Origin: Candidatus Eiseniibacteriota bacterium | GTDB taxonomy: Bacteria; Eisenbacteria; RBG-16-71-46 | Length of the DNA: 64,000 nt | Direction: 5' to 3' | Assembly: GCA_963725865.1 (NCBI GenBank) | Contig: CAVSAC010000012.1 | Coordinates: 768,001 to 832,000 of the forward strand | Notes under the pieces: model-generated | Told to the model about the DNA's origin: nothing | Databases searched by the model: none | Seen by the model: only the letters and a program-made list of their open reading frames with translations | Part shown: positions 9,585 to 18,794 of the stretch, piece by piece | Layout: each line of letters begins with the position of its first letter | Numbering within the stretch: the stretch's first letter is position 1 | Position numbers and translations under genes: made by a program

Positions 9585-10717
9585 GCCGCGGGGATCGCTG
9601 GTTGCTGGTGCTGCCGCTGGTGCTCACCGCGCTGGGCGTGGTGATGGTGTACTCCTCGAGCGCGATCCTCGGGATCACGCGCTTCCAGAACCCCGACTAC
9701 TTCTTCACGCGCCAGCTGTTCCGCGCCGTGCTCGGCGTGGCGGTGCTGCTCGCGTGCGCGAAGGCCGACCTGAAGCGCCTCGAGGCGTGGGCGCCGGCGC
9801 TGTTCGGCGTCGCCGTGTCGCTGCTGGTCGTGGTGGTGCTGGTCGGACACGTGGCCAAGGGCGCGCAGCGCTGGCTGCGCTTAGGCTTCCTCACCCTGCA
9901 GCCGACCGACCTCGCCCGACTCGCCGCGGTGCTGTTCCTGGCGTGGTGGCTCAAGCGCCGCTCGCCCGCCGAGCTCGGGTTCCGGCGCGGACTGTTGCCC
10001 TCGCTCGGCATCCTCGGCGGGCTGTGCGTGCTGATCCTGCTGCAGCCGAACCTCTCGAGCGCCGGGCTGCTCGGCATGGCGGGGTTCGGCATGATCTTCC
10101 TGGCCGGCGCCCCGCTGCTGCACCTCGCGGTGCCGGTCGGCGCCGGCGTCCTCGGGGTGGCGGTCGCGCTGCTGACCCACCCGTATATGATGAAGCGCTT
10201 CGAGACGTTCGTCGGATTCGTGTTCACCGGCGCGCTCGACTCGCGCGGCGCGGGCTGGCAGCTCGACCAGTCCCTGATCGCCATCGGGTCGGGGGGCTGG
10301 TTCGGCCGCGGCCTCGGGGGCGGGCTGCAGAAGTACCTGTTCCTGCCCGAGGCGCACACCGACTTCATCTTTTCCATCCTGGCCGAGGAGCTCGGATTCC
10401 TGGGCGCCACCGCGCTGCTGGTGGCGCTGGGGCTGCTGGTGTGGCGCGGCATGCGCTCCACCGCGCGGGCCCACGAGCCCTTCGCCTTCCTGCTCGCAGG
10501 AGGACTGACCTTGCAGATCGGCCTTTATGCGATCGTGAACCTGGCCGTGGCCACCGGGCTCGCGCCCACCACCGGCCTGCCATTGCCGTTCGTGTCGTAC
10601 GGAGGATCGGCGCTGCTCGCCAACCTGGCAGCCGCCGGCCTGCTCTACCGCGTGAGCACGTCGAACGCCGCGACCGAGGCGCTCGCCCGCCAGCGCTGGA
10701 CGCGGGAGGCCGCGTGA
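9581..10717 (+). CDS. ftsW: SEDS protein FtsW
   Basis: MVYSSS, GAQRWL, LPEAHTDFIF, LPFVSYGGS; GTG start overlaps murD stop. Confidence 0.95.
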   Translation: MSRGDRWLLVLPLVLTALGVVMVYSSSAILGITRFQNPDYFFTRQLFRAVLGVAVLLACAKADLKRLEAWAPALFGVAVSLLVVVVLVGHVAKGAQRWLRLGFLTLQPTDLARLAAVLFLAWWLKRRSPAELGFRRGLLPSLGILGGLCVLILLQPNLSSAGLLGMAGFGMIFLAGAPLLHLAVPVGAGVLGVAVALLTHPYMMKRFETFVGFVFTGALDSRGAGWQLDQSLIAIGSGGWFGRGLGGGLQKYLFLPEAHTDFIFSILAEELGFLGATALLVALGLLVWRGMRSTARAHEPFAFLLAGGLTLQIGLYAIVNLAVATGLAPTTGLPLPFVSYGGSALLANLAAAGLLYRVSTSNAATEALARQRWTREAA

Positions 10718-11850
10718 AGGTCCTGATCGCGGGCGGCGGCACGGGCGGGCACGTCTATCCCGGCGTGGCGGTGGCGGAGCAGCTCCAGCGCACCCGGCCG
10801 GACGACGAGGCGCTGTTCGTCGGCACCCGGCGCGGGCTGGAGTCGCAGGCCGTGCCCGAGGCCGGGTTCCGGATCCGCTACATCTGGACGCGCGGCTTCC
10901 CGCGCCGCGCCTGGTGGCGGTGGCCCGCCGCGCTGTTCGCCAACGCGGTGGGCCTCCTGCAGGCGGTGTGGGTGGTGGCGACCGAGCGGCCCGACGTGGT
11001 GCTGGGGACCGGCGGCTACGTGAGCGGTCCGCTGGCGCTGGCGGCGTGGCTGCTGCGCCGCCCGCTGCTGCTCCAGGAGCAGAACAGCGTGCCGGGGCTC
11101 GCGAATCGCTGGTTGGCCCGCATCGCGGACGAGGTGCACCTGTCGTTCGTGGAGGCGCGGTCGTATTTCGACCGCAAGGACAACCTGAAGGTCAGCGGCA
11201 ACCCGATCCGCGACCACATCCTGAGCGGCGATCGTACGAGCGCGCTCCAGGAGTTCGGCCTGGTGGCGGGCAAACCGACCGTGTTCATCTTCGGAGGCAG
11301 CCGCGGCGCGCACCGGATCAACGAGGCCGCGCTCGACGCGCTGCGCCGGCTGCAGGGCCGTGTCGACGTGCAGTTCATCCTCCAGACCGGACGCGAGGAC
11401 TTCGACTGGGCCAAGGGCATCGTGGAAGCGGAGGGGCTGCCGGCGAAGGTGCTGCCGTACCTGCGCCGCATCCACCAGGCCTACGCCGCGGCCGACCTGG
11501 TGGTGTGCCGCTCCGGCGCCATGACGCTGGCGGAGATCGCCGCCTGCGGCGTGCCGTCGATCCTGGTGCCGTACCCGCACGCCGCTCACGACCACCAGGC
11601 CGTGAACGCCGCGAACCTGGTGGACCGCGGCGCCGCCTCGATGATCGTCGACCGCGAGCTGACCGGCGAGCGGCTCGCGAAGGAGATCGCGCACTTCCTC
11701 AGCGACCGCCAGGCGCTGTCGCGGATGTCGGCGAACGCGCGCACGTTCGCGCGCCCCGACGCCGCCGAGCGCATCGTGAAGAGCCTGGTGCGGTGGTCGG
11801 CCGGCCGCGCGGCGGCGCGTGCGAACGACGCGGCGGGAGGGGGGCGCTGA
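10714..11850 (+). CDS. murG: MurG glycosyltransferase
   Basis: AGGGTGGHVYP, GGYVS, EQN, GGSRGA, RSGAMT. Confidence 0.96.
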   Translation: MKVLIAGGGTGGHVYPGVAVAEQLQRTRPDDEALFVGTRRGLESQAVPEAGFRIRYIWTRGFPRRAWWRWPAALFANAVGLLQAVWVVATERPDVVLGTGGYVSGPLALAAWLLRRPLLLQEQNSVPGLANRWLARIADEVHLSFVEARSYFDRKDNLKVSGNPIRDHILSGDRTSALQEFGLVAGKPTVFIFGGSRGAHRINEAALDALRRLQGRVDVQFILQTGREDFDWAKGIVEAEGLPAKVLPYLRRIHQAYAAADLVVCRSGAMTLAEIAACGVPSILVPYPHAAHDHQAVNAANLVDRGAASMIVDRELTGERLAKEIAHFLSDRQALSRMSANARTFARPDAAERIVKSLVRWSAGRAAARANDAAGGGR

Positions 11851-13229
11851 TGTACGGACGCACCCATCGCATCCACTTCATCGGCATCGGCGGCTCCGGC
11901 ATGTCGGGCATCGCCGAGGTGCTGCTCAACATGGGCTACCAGGTCTCGGGCAGCGACCTCAAGGCGAGCGAGGCCACCGACCGGCTGGTGCGGCGCGGCG
12001 GCCGCGTGTGCATCGGGCACGCGGCGTCCAACATCGAGGGCGCGCAGGTCGTGGTGTTCTCGACCGCGGTGAAGCCCGACAATCCCGAGCTGAGCGCGGC
12101 GCGCGCCGCCGGCCTGCCGGTGATCGCCCGCGCCGAGATGCTCGCCGAGTTGATGCGCATGAAGTACGGCGTGGCGGTCGGGGGCTCGCACGGCAAGACC
12201 ACGACCACCTCGATGGTGGCGGCGGTGCTGGGGCGCGGCGGGCTCGATCCGACCATCGTGGTGGGCGGACGGCTGCACGCGCTGGGCACCAACGCGCGGC
12301 TCGGCCACGGGCAGTTCCTGGTCGCCGAGGCCGACGAGAGCGACGGGTCGTTCCTGCGGCTCTCGCCCGCGGTCACGGTGATCACCAACATCGACCGCGA
12401 GCACCTCGACCACTACCCCGACCTCGAGGCGATCCGCCAGGCGTTCGTCTACTTCGCGAACCGGGTCCCGTTCTACGGGGTCACCGTGCTGTGCGCCGAC
12501 GACGAACAGGTGCGCGCGATCCTCCCGAACGTCACGAAGCGCGTCACCCTGTACGGCACGCTGCCGATGTGCGATGTCCGCGCCAGCGACGTGGAGCTGC
12601 AGCCCCACGGCGCGCGCTTCACCGTGCACGCCCAGGGCGGCGCGCTCGGCAGCGTGGAGCTGGCGCTGCCCGGCCGCCACAACGTGCTCAACGCGCTGGC
12701 CGCGGTCGCGGTCGGGCTCGAGGTCGAGATCGGCTTCGGTCACATCGCCGAGGCGCTCGCCAGCTTCCGCGGCGTGGGGCGCCGCTTCGAGACCCGCGGC
12801 ACGGCGGGCGACGTGCGGGTGGTCGACGACTACGGTCACCATCCGACCGAGATCCGCGCCACGCTGGCGGCGGCGAAGGGGCTCGGCGGGCGCGTGCTGG
12901 TGCTGTTCCAGCCCCATCGCTACACGCGCACCGCGGCGCTCGCGGAGGAATTCGGCGGCGCCTTCACCGACGCCGACCAGGTGTGGGTGCTCGACGTCTA
13001 CGCGGCGGGCGAGGCCCCGATCGCCGGCGTGAGCGCCGGCACGATCGTCGAGCGCGCCCACGCGCTGGGTGCGGGCCACGTGGCGTACGCGCCCGACGGC
13101 TCGGCGGCGGCGGCGGCGGCGGCGCAGGTGGCGCGGCCCGGCGACGTGGTGATCACGCTCGGCGCGGGCGACGTCTGGCGGCTGGGCGACGAGGTGCTCG
13201 CGCACCTGAAGAGCGGGAGGCATGTGTGA
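11850..13229 (+). CDS. murC: MurC ligase
   Basis: HFIGIGGSGMSG, GSHGKTTTT, EADESD, DDYGHHPTE, FQPHRYTR. Confidence 0.96.
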   Translation: MYGRTHRIHFIGIGGSGMSGIAEVLLNMGYQVSGSDLKASEATDRLVRRGGRVCIGHAASNIEGAQVVVFSTAVKPDNPELSAARAAGLPVIARAEMLAELMRMKYGVAVGGSHGKTTTTSMVAAVLGRGGLDPTIVVGGRLHALGTNARLGHGQFLVAEADESDGSFLRLSPAVTVITNIDREHLDHYPDLEAIRQAFVYFANRVPFYGVTVLCADDEQVRAILPNVTKRVTLYGTLPMCDVRASDVELQPHGARFTVHAQGGALGSVELALPGRHNVLNALAAVAVGLEVEIGFGHIAEALASFRGVGRRFETRGTAGDVRVVDDYGHHPTEIRATLAAAKGLGGRVLVLFQPHRYTRTAALAEEFGGAFTDADQVWVLDVYAAGEAPIAGVSAGTIVERAHALGAGHVAYAPDGSAAAAAAAQVARPGDVVITLGAGDVWRLGDEVLAHLKSGRHV

Positions 13230-14059
13230 CGTCCTACCAGGGGCGTGCGCTGCGCACCGAGGCGCCGCGTCCGCGCCGCGGCCGGCGGCTGCGCCGGGTG
13301 CTGGCGATGACCGGGCTGATCGCGCTGGTCACGCTGCTCTCGCAGGTGCCGTGGGGAGAGCTGCGCGCCCACCACGCGGTCGTGCACGGCATCCGCGTGG
13401 CCGGGACGCACTACCTCGACGCCGCCCGCGTCGCCTCGATCGCGGGCCTGTCCGAAGGGCAGGACCTGTTGCGGCTGGACCTCGTGCGCGCGCGCCAGCG
13501 CCTGCTGCTCCATCCCCGCATCGCGCGCGCCGAGATACGCCGGCGCTTCCCGCGCGGGCTCGACATCCGCATCGAGGAGCGCGTTCCGGTGCTGCTGGTG
13601 CGCCACGGAGTGCCGTGGGAGATGGACTCGTGCGGCGTGCTGCTGGAGCCGCTGGCGGACGGCGTGACCGCGGACGTGCCGCTGCTCAACGGGCCCGACG
13701 TGACGCGGCTGCGCGCGGGCGCCCAGGTGGGCGGCCCCGCGATCGCGCGCGCGCTGGCGTGGATCCGGGCGCTCGACGGGCGCGAGCTGCAATTGTCCGG
13801 ACAGGTGTCCGAGGTGGACGTGCGCGACGCCCGCGCCACCAGCCTGCTGCTCATGGACGGCACCCGGGTGCTGGCGCCCGCGTGGCCGCCCGATCCGCGG
13901 CCACTGTCCGCGCTGCGGGTGGTGCTGGCGGACCTCCACCAGCGTGGCGTCGCCGCCCGCGAGGTGGACGTGCGGTACGACAACCAGGTGATCGTGAGAC
14001 CCGCGATGGTCGCGGATGATCCATCGGCCGGCGCCCCGCGCCGCAGCCAGGCGGGGTAA
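13226..14059 (+). CDS. ftsQ: Cell division protein FtsQ (POTRA)
   Basis: Basic N-terminus, TM, POTRA-like segment (IRRRFPRGLDIRIEERVP), C-terminal VDVRYDNQVIV; between murC and ftsA. Confidence 0.85.
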   Translation: MTSYQGRALRTEAPRPRRGRRLRRVLAMTGLIALVTLLSQVPWGELRAHHAVVHGIRVAGTHYLDAARVASIAGLSEGQDLLRLDLVRARQRLLLHPRIARAEIRRRFPRGLDIRIEERVPVLLVRHGVPWEMDSCGVLLEPLADGVTADVPLLNGPDVTRLRAGAQVGGPAIARALAWIRALDGRELQLSGQVSEVDVRDARATSLLLMDGTRVLAPAWPPDPRPLSALRVVLADLHQRGVAAREVDVRYDNQVIVRPAMVADDPSAGAPRRSQAG

Positions 14060-14084
14060 AGCCCCCGGGGAGGTGACGGACATC

Positions 14085-15320
14085 ATGGGACAGGCGATCC
14101 GAACATACGTGGGTCTCGACATCGGGACGACCAAGATCTCGTGCATCATCGCCGACATGAACGGCTCTCCGGAGCCGCGCGTGGTCGGTGTGGGCAACGC
14201 GCCCAGCGAGGGGCTGCGCCGCGGCGTGGTGGTCGATCTCGAGAAGACCGTGGCCAGCATCCAGCGGGCGGTGGACGAGGCCGAGCGCATGGCCGGCGTG
14301 CAGGTGAAGGGTGTCTACGCGGGCATCGCGGGCGACCACATCCGCAGCATCAACAGCCGCGGCGTGATCGCGGTCTCGCGCAAGGACAACGAGATCGGCC
14401 CCCCCGACGTGGACCGCGTGGTCGAGGCCGCCAAGGCGATCGCGATCCCCATGGACCGCGAGATCATCCACGTCATCCCGCAGGAGTTCATCGTCGACGA
14501 TCAGTACGGCATCAAGGACCCGGTCGGCATGAGCGGGGTGCGACTGGAGGCCGAGGTCCATATCATCACCGGGGCGGTGACGTCGGCGAAGAACATCTGC
14601 CGGTCGATCCAGCGCGCCGGACTCAAGGTCAACGACCTGGTGCTGGAGCCGCTGGCCTCGAGCCACGCGGTGCTGGGCGCCGACGAGCGCGATCTCGGGG
14701 TCGTGCTGCTGGACATCGGCGGCGGCACGACGGACGTCGCGGTGTTCTTCGAGGGCTCGATCCGCCACACCGCCATCGTCCCGCTGGGCGGGGCGAACGT
14801 CACCAACGACATCGCGATCGGCCTGCGCACGCCGATCGACAAGGCCGAGCAGATCAAGCTGCAACACGGCTGCGCGCTGGCGGCGCTGGTGCCGGCCGAG
14901 CAGACGGTCACGGTGCCCGGCGTGGGCGGCCGCGCGGACCGCGAGATCTCGCGCCACGTGCTGGCGTCGATGATCGAGCCGCGGATGGAGGAGATCTTCG
15001 CGCTGGCCAACAAGGAGGTGAAGAAGAACCACTTCGCGGAGCTGCTGGGCGGTGGTGTGGTGCTGACCGGCGGGACGTCGCTGATGCCCGGGATCGTCGA
15101 GCTCGCGGAGCAGGTGTTCGAGATGCCGGTGCGCCTCGGCGTGCCGCAGGGGCTGGGCGGGCTGTCGGCGAACGTCGCCGACCCGCGGTACGCGACCGGC
15201 GTGGGGCTGGTGCTCCACGCGGCGCAGAACGAGGAGAGCATCACCGGCCGCGCCAGCGACCGCCCGCGCGCGATCCGCGCGAGCTTCGACATCCGGCGCT
15301 GGTTCAGCGAGTTGTTCTAG
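14085..15320 (+). CDS. ftsA: Cell division protein FtsA
   Basis: GLDIGTTKI, DIGGGTTD, LTGG, C-terminal amphipathic IRRWFSELF; SD GGAGGTG upstream of ATG 14085. Confidence 0.96.
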   Translation: MGQAIRTYVGLDIGTTKISCIIADMNGSPEPRVVGVGNAPSEGLRRGVVVDLEKTVASIQRAVDEAERMAGVQVKGVYAGIAGDHIRSINSRGVIAVSRKDNEIGPPDVDRVVEAAKAIAIPMDREIIHVIPQEFIVDDQYGIKDPVGMSGVRLEAEVHIITGAVTSAKNICRSIQRAGLKVNDLVLEPLASSHAVLGADERDLGVVLLDIGGGTTDVAVFFEGSIRHTAIVPLGGANVTNDIAIGLRTPIDKAEQIKLQHGCALAALVPAEQTVTVPGVGGRADREISRHVLASMIEPRMEEIFALANKEVKKNHFAELLGGGVVLTGGTSLMPGIVELAEQVFEMPVRLGVPQGLGGLSANVADPRYATGVGLVLHAAQNEESITGRASDRPRAIRASFDIRRWFSELF

Positions 15321-15401
15321 TCGTCGTCGCACCCTGGAAGCGGTCCGCCGGCGGATCCCCCGCCGGGACGCCCCGGGGAACGGCACAGGGAGAGGTGCCA
15401 C

Positions 15402-16547
15402 ATGTTCGAGCTGGAGATCGATAGCCAGTCCACGGCCAAGCTCAAGGTCATCGGGGTGGGCGGTGCGGGCGGGAACGCCGTGAACCGCATGATCGGTGCG
15501 GGGCTGCGCGGCGTGGAGTTCATCACCGCCAACACCGACGCTCAGGCGCTGCAGCAGTCGCTGGCGCCGCACCGGCTGCAGATCGGCAGCTGCGCGACGC
15601 GCGGCCTCGGTGCCGGCGGCGATCCCTCGCAGGGTCGGCGCGCGGCGGAGGAGGACGAGCAGGCGATCGCCGACACGCTGACCGACAGCGACATGGTGTT
15701 CATCACCGCGGGCATGGGCGGCGGCACCGGCACCGGCGCGGCGCCCGTGGTGGCGCGGCTGGCACGCCAGACCGGCGCGCTGACGGTGGCGGTGGTCACG
15801 CGGCCGTTCACGTTCGAGGGCCGGCGGCGACTGCGTCAGGCCGAGGAGGGCATCGCGGAGCTGCGCGCCGAGGTCGACACGCTGATCGTGATCCCCAACG
15901 AGCGCCTGCTCGCGGTGGTCGACCGCGGCACGTCGCTCTCCGACGCGTTCGGAGTCGCGGACGAGGTGCTGCTGAAGGCCACCAAGGGCGTCTCGGATCT
16001 GGTGACCGTGCCGGGGCTCGTCAACCTCGACTTCGCCGACGTCAAGGCGGTGATGTCGAACCGCGGCAACGCGCTGATGGGCACCGGTCGCGCGTCGGGC
16101 CCCAACCGCGCCACGGAGGCCGCGCAGGCCGCGGTCTCGAGCCCGCTGCTGGAGGACGTCTCGATCGCGGGCGCCGAGGGCGTGCTGGTGAACATCACGG
16201 GCGGCCGCGACATGACGCTGCACGAGGTGAACGAGGCCGCCAGCGTGGTGGTGCAGGCCGCCGGCGAGGAGGCGAACGTGATCTTCGGCTCCGTCATCGA
16301 CCCCAACATGGACGGCGAGCTGCAGATCACCGTGGTCGCGACCGGCTTCGGCCACACCGAGCCGCGCGTGCGCTCGCTCGACAAGTCGCGCGCCACCACC
16401 GCGCCGGCCGCCGAGGGCGAGAGCGAGGAGCTGTCGCACCCGAAGCCGTGGCGCGAGCCGCACGTGCGGCCGAATCGCTGGGGCCGCGGCGCGGAGCGCG
16501 GAGGATCGCTCGACGTCCCGACGTTCCTGCGCAAGCAGATGGACTGA
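15402..16547 (+). CDS. ftsZ: Cell division protein FtsZ
   Basis: [25 protein letters not shown]-terminal LDVPTFLRK. Confidence 0.98.
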   Translation: MFELEIDSQSTAKLKVIGVGGAGGNAVNRMIGAGLRGVEFITANTDAQALQQSLAPHRLQIGSCATRGLGAGGDPSQGRRAAEEDEQAIADTLTDSDMVFITAGMGGGTGTGAAPVVARLARQTGALTVAVVTRPFTFEGRRRLRQAEEGIAELRAEVDTLIVIPNERLLAVVDRGTSLSDAFGVADEVLLKATKGVSDLVTVPGLVNLDFADVKAVMSNRGNALMGTGRASGPNRATEAAQAAVSSPLLEDVSIAGAEGVLVNITGGRDMTLHEVNEAASVVVQAAGEEANVIFGSVIDPNMDGELQITVVATGFGHTEPRVRSLDKSRATTAPAAEGESEELSHPKPWREPHVRPNRWGRGAERGGSLDVPTFLRKQMD

Positions 16548-16674
16548 GCGGGGCCGGGCGCCGAGTGCGGAGGAGGTCGTAGGCGGGTGGTGAGCCCGCG
16601 CGCGTGCCCACTCTCCCGGGTGCCGCGCGGGCCCACCCGCATCGTAGGAAGGGAGCGAAGGGAGGGGAGCGGTC

Positions 16675-18324
16675 CTGGGGATCTTCTCGGCCCTGTTCAA
16701 GTGGGGCCACAATCGTCACTACAACCGCGGCATGGTGCACTTCAACCGCGGTGAGTTCGAGCGCGCCGCGGAGGCCTTCGAGCAGGCGCTGGCCGAGGTG
16801 CGCGATCCGGCCGACCCCGACCAGAGCCTGGCGCGCTGCTACGCCGCCGAGGCGCGCGCCCAGCTGGGGCTGGCGTTCTTCCACGCCGGACAGTACGCGC
16901 GCGCCGAAGAGCAATTCGACCGGGCGCTCGACGAAAACCCCACGTTCCCCGACCTGCGCTACTACCGCGCGCGCATCTACGAGCGCTCGGGCCGCATCGA
17001 CGAGGCGCTCGCGGACCTCGAGCGCTCGCTGAGCGAGCACCCTCGCTATCTCGAGGCGCACCTGCTGGAGGCGGTTTGCCGCAGCCACCAGCGCGACTCC
17101 GCCGGCGCGCAGGCGGCGCTCCAGCGCGCGCTCGAGCTGGGGTTCGCGCCCCCGCCCGGGCTCGCGCCGGCGGGCGCGGCGGACTGGGGCGGCGCCGAAT
17201 GGCAGCGACTGCTGCCGCCGACCCGCATGGGAACCCGCAAGGCGCCGCCGCCGGTCGAGCACGCGCTCGAGCTCTATCACGCCGGGGATCTCGCGGGCGC
17301 GATCGCCGAGCTGACGGGAGCGGTCGAGGCGGAGCCCTCGTACGCCGACCTGCGCTGCCGGCTCGGCGGACTGCTGCTGGAGGCCGGGCGGGTCGAGGAG
17401 GCGCTCACCCACATCGAGGCGGCGCTGCGGATCAATCCCCGCTACCTCGAGGCGCTGCTGCTGGCGGCACGCGCGCGGCTGGAGTACGGCCAGGCCCACG
17501 CGGCGGTGCGCGGACTCGAGGGCGCGGTGGAGGCATTCCCCGACTACCCGGACCTGCACTTCTGGCTCGGGCTCGCGCGCTTCCGCGCCGGCGACCTGGC
17601 GGGCGCGGTGGCGCCGCTCGACCGCGCGGTGGTGCTCCATCGCGAGTTCGCGCGCGCGTGGCGCCTGCTGGGGCTGGTGTACCACGCGCTGGGGCGCGAG
17701 GCCGAAGCGCTGCGCGCCATCCGCCGCGGGCTGGTGCGCGATCGCGAGGTGCCGCGCGCGGCGCTCGAGAGCGCGCCGCTGCTCACCACGCTCGGCGATC
17801 CGGGCGCGGCCGAGGCCGAGCTGCGCCGCGCGGTGGCGGTGCAGGGCGACTACCCGGACCTGCGGGTGGCGCTCGCGCGCGCACTCCACGCGCGCGGGGA
17901 CATCGACGGCGCGCGCGCCGAGTACCGCGAAGCGCTGCGGATCGAGCCGGGCTACGGCGCGGCCGCCCTCGAGCTGGCTCACCTCGAGATCGCGGCCCTC
18001 CGGCCGCAGGCGGCGGAGGAGCTGCTCGTCGACCTGGCGGGGCGGCGGCCGCGCTGGGCCGACGCTCACGCGCTGCTGGGGCGCACGCGGCTGCTGCGCG
18101 GCGACGCCGCCGGCGCCGAGCCCCCGCTGCGCGAGGCGCTCGTGCTGCATCCGGGCTTCGCCGCCGCGCGCGCCGATCTGGGGTGGGCGCTGCTGGCGCT
18201 GGGACGCTCGCAGGCGGCCGACGTGGAGTTCGCCGGGGCGCTCGAGCTGGATCCGCTCCACGCGCTGCCCCGGCAGATGCTCGAGTGGCGCGAGCTGCTC
18301 GATCCCCGGCACCCGCGCGCCTAG
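16675..18324 (+). CDS. Multi-TPR protein (likely CTG start at 16675; first ATG at 16732)
   Basis: Repeated TPR units (e.g. PTFPDLRYYRA, PSYADLRCRLG, PDYPDLHFWLG); SD-like GGAGGGGAG just upstream of an in-frame CTG. Confidence 0.85.
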   Translation: MGIFSALFKWGHNRHYNRGMVHFNRGEFERAAEAFEQALAEVRDPADPDQSLARCYAAEARAQLGLAFFHAGQYARAEEQFDRALDENPTFPDLRYYRARIYERSGRIDEALADLERSLSEHPRYLEAHLLEAVCRSHQRDSAGAQAALQRALELGFAPPPGLAPAGAADWGGAEWQRLLPPTRMGTRKAPPPVEHALELYHAGDLAGAIAELTGAVEAEPSYADLRCRLGGLLLEAGRVEEALTHIEAALRINPRYLEALLLAARARLEYGQAHAAVRGLEGAVEAFPDYPDLHFWLGLARFRAGDLAGAVAPLDRAVVLHREFARAWRLLGLVYHALGREAEALRAIRRGLVRDREVPRAALESAPLLTTLGDPGAAEAELRRAVAVQGDYPDLRVALARALHARGDIDGARAEYREALRIEPGYGAAALELAHLEIAALRPQAAEELLVDLAGRRPRWADAHALLGRTRLLRGDAAGAEPPLREALVLHPGFAAARADLGWALLALGRSQAADVEFAGALELDPLHALPRQMLEWRELLDPRHPRA

Positions 18325-18356
18325 GCGGCGCACCGACCCGGCGCGCCGGGAACGCG

Positions 18357-18388
18357 CGAGGCCCCGCGGGCGGACCCACGGGGCCTCG
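18357..18388. terminator. GC hairpin between convergent TPR gene and rpmB
   Basis: cgaggccccgcggg-cgga-cccacggggcctcg inverted repeat. Confidence 0.55.
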
Positions 18389-18412
18389 TCGCCGTCAGGC
18401 GCGGCGTTGCGC

Positions 18413-18631
18413 TCAGGTCGTCTCGATGACGTGCGAGCGGCGCACGGCCTTCTCGACCTTGCCGGAGCGCAGGCAGCGCGTGCACACGTCGATGTTGCGC
18501 ACCCGGCCCTCCACCTTGGCGCGGACTCGCTGGAGGTTGGGATTCCAGGTCCGCTTGGTGAGATTGTGAGCGTGGCTCACGTTGTTCCCCGACATCGTTC
18601 CCTTGCCGCAGATATGACAGCGCTGAGCCAA
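18413..18631 (-). CDS. rpmB: 50S ribosomal protein L28 (Zn-binding C+ form)
   Basis: MAQRCHICGKGTMSGNNVSHAHNLTKRTWNPNLQ...VCTRCLRSGKV; TTG start with AAGGAGGT SD. Confidence 0.95.
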   Translation of the reverse strand: MAQRCHICGKGTMSGNNVSHAHNLTKRTWNPNLQRVRAKVEGRVRNIDVCTRCLRSGKVEKAVRRSHVIETT

Positions 18632-18700
18632 CGGATACCTCCTTGCCGGGCCGCGGGCAGGGCCGCCCGGGCGAGATGACCAGGTTCGAAATGGCGACGG

Positions 18701-18730
18701 AAGATAGCAGTCCCGGAGCCGCTCTGTAAA
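18701..18730 (-). promoter_or_regulatory. sigma70-like promoter for rpmB
   Basis: TTTACA-N18-TATCTT with TG extension on the minus strand. Confidence 0.5.
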
Positions 18731-18794
18731 GGTGGGGCCGTCCGCCGCCCGACGTGGCGCGCGCGGGTCCGGAGGCCGTACGCTGCCGCCCGAC

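Noticed and set aside
16583..16640. Long stem-loop between ftsZ and the TPR gene
   Set aside because: No U-tract and no other copies noticed; cannot be distinguished from an ordinary GC-rich mRNA-stabilising hairpin
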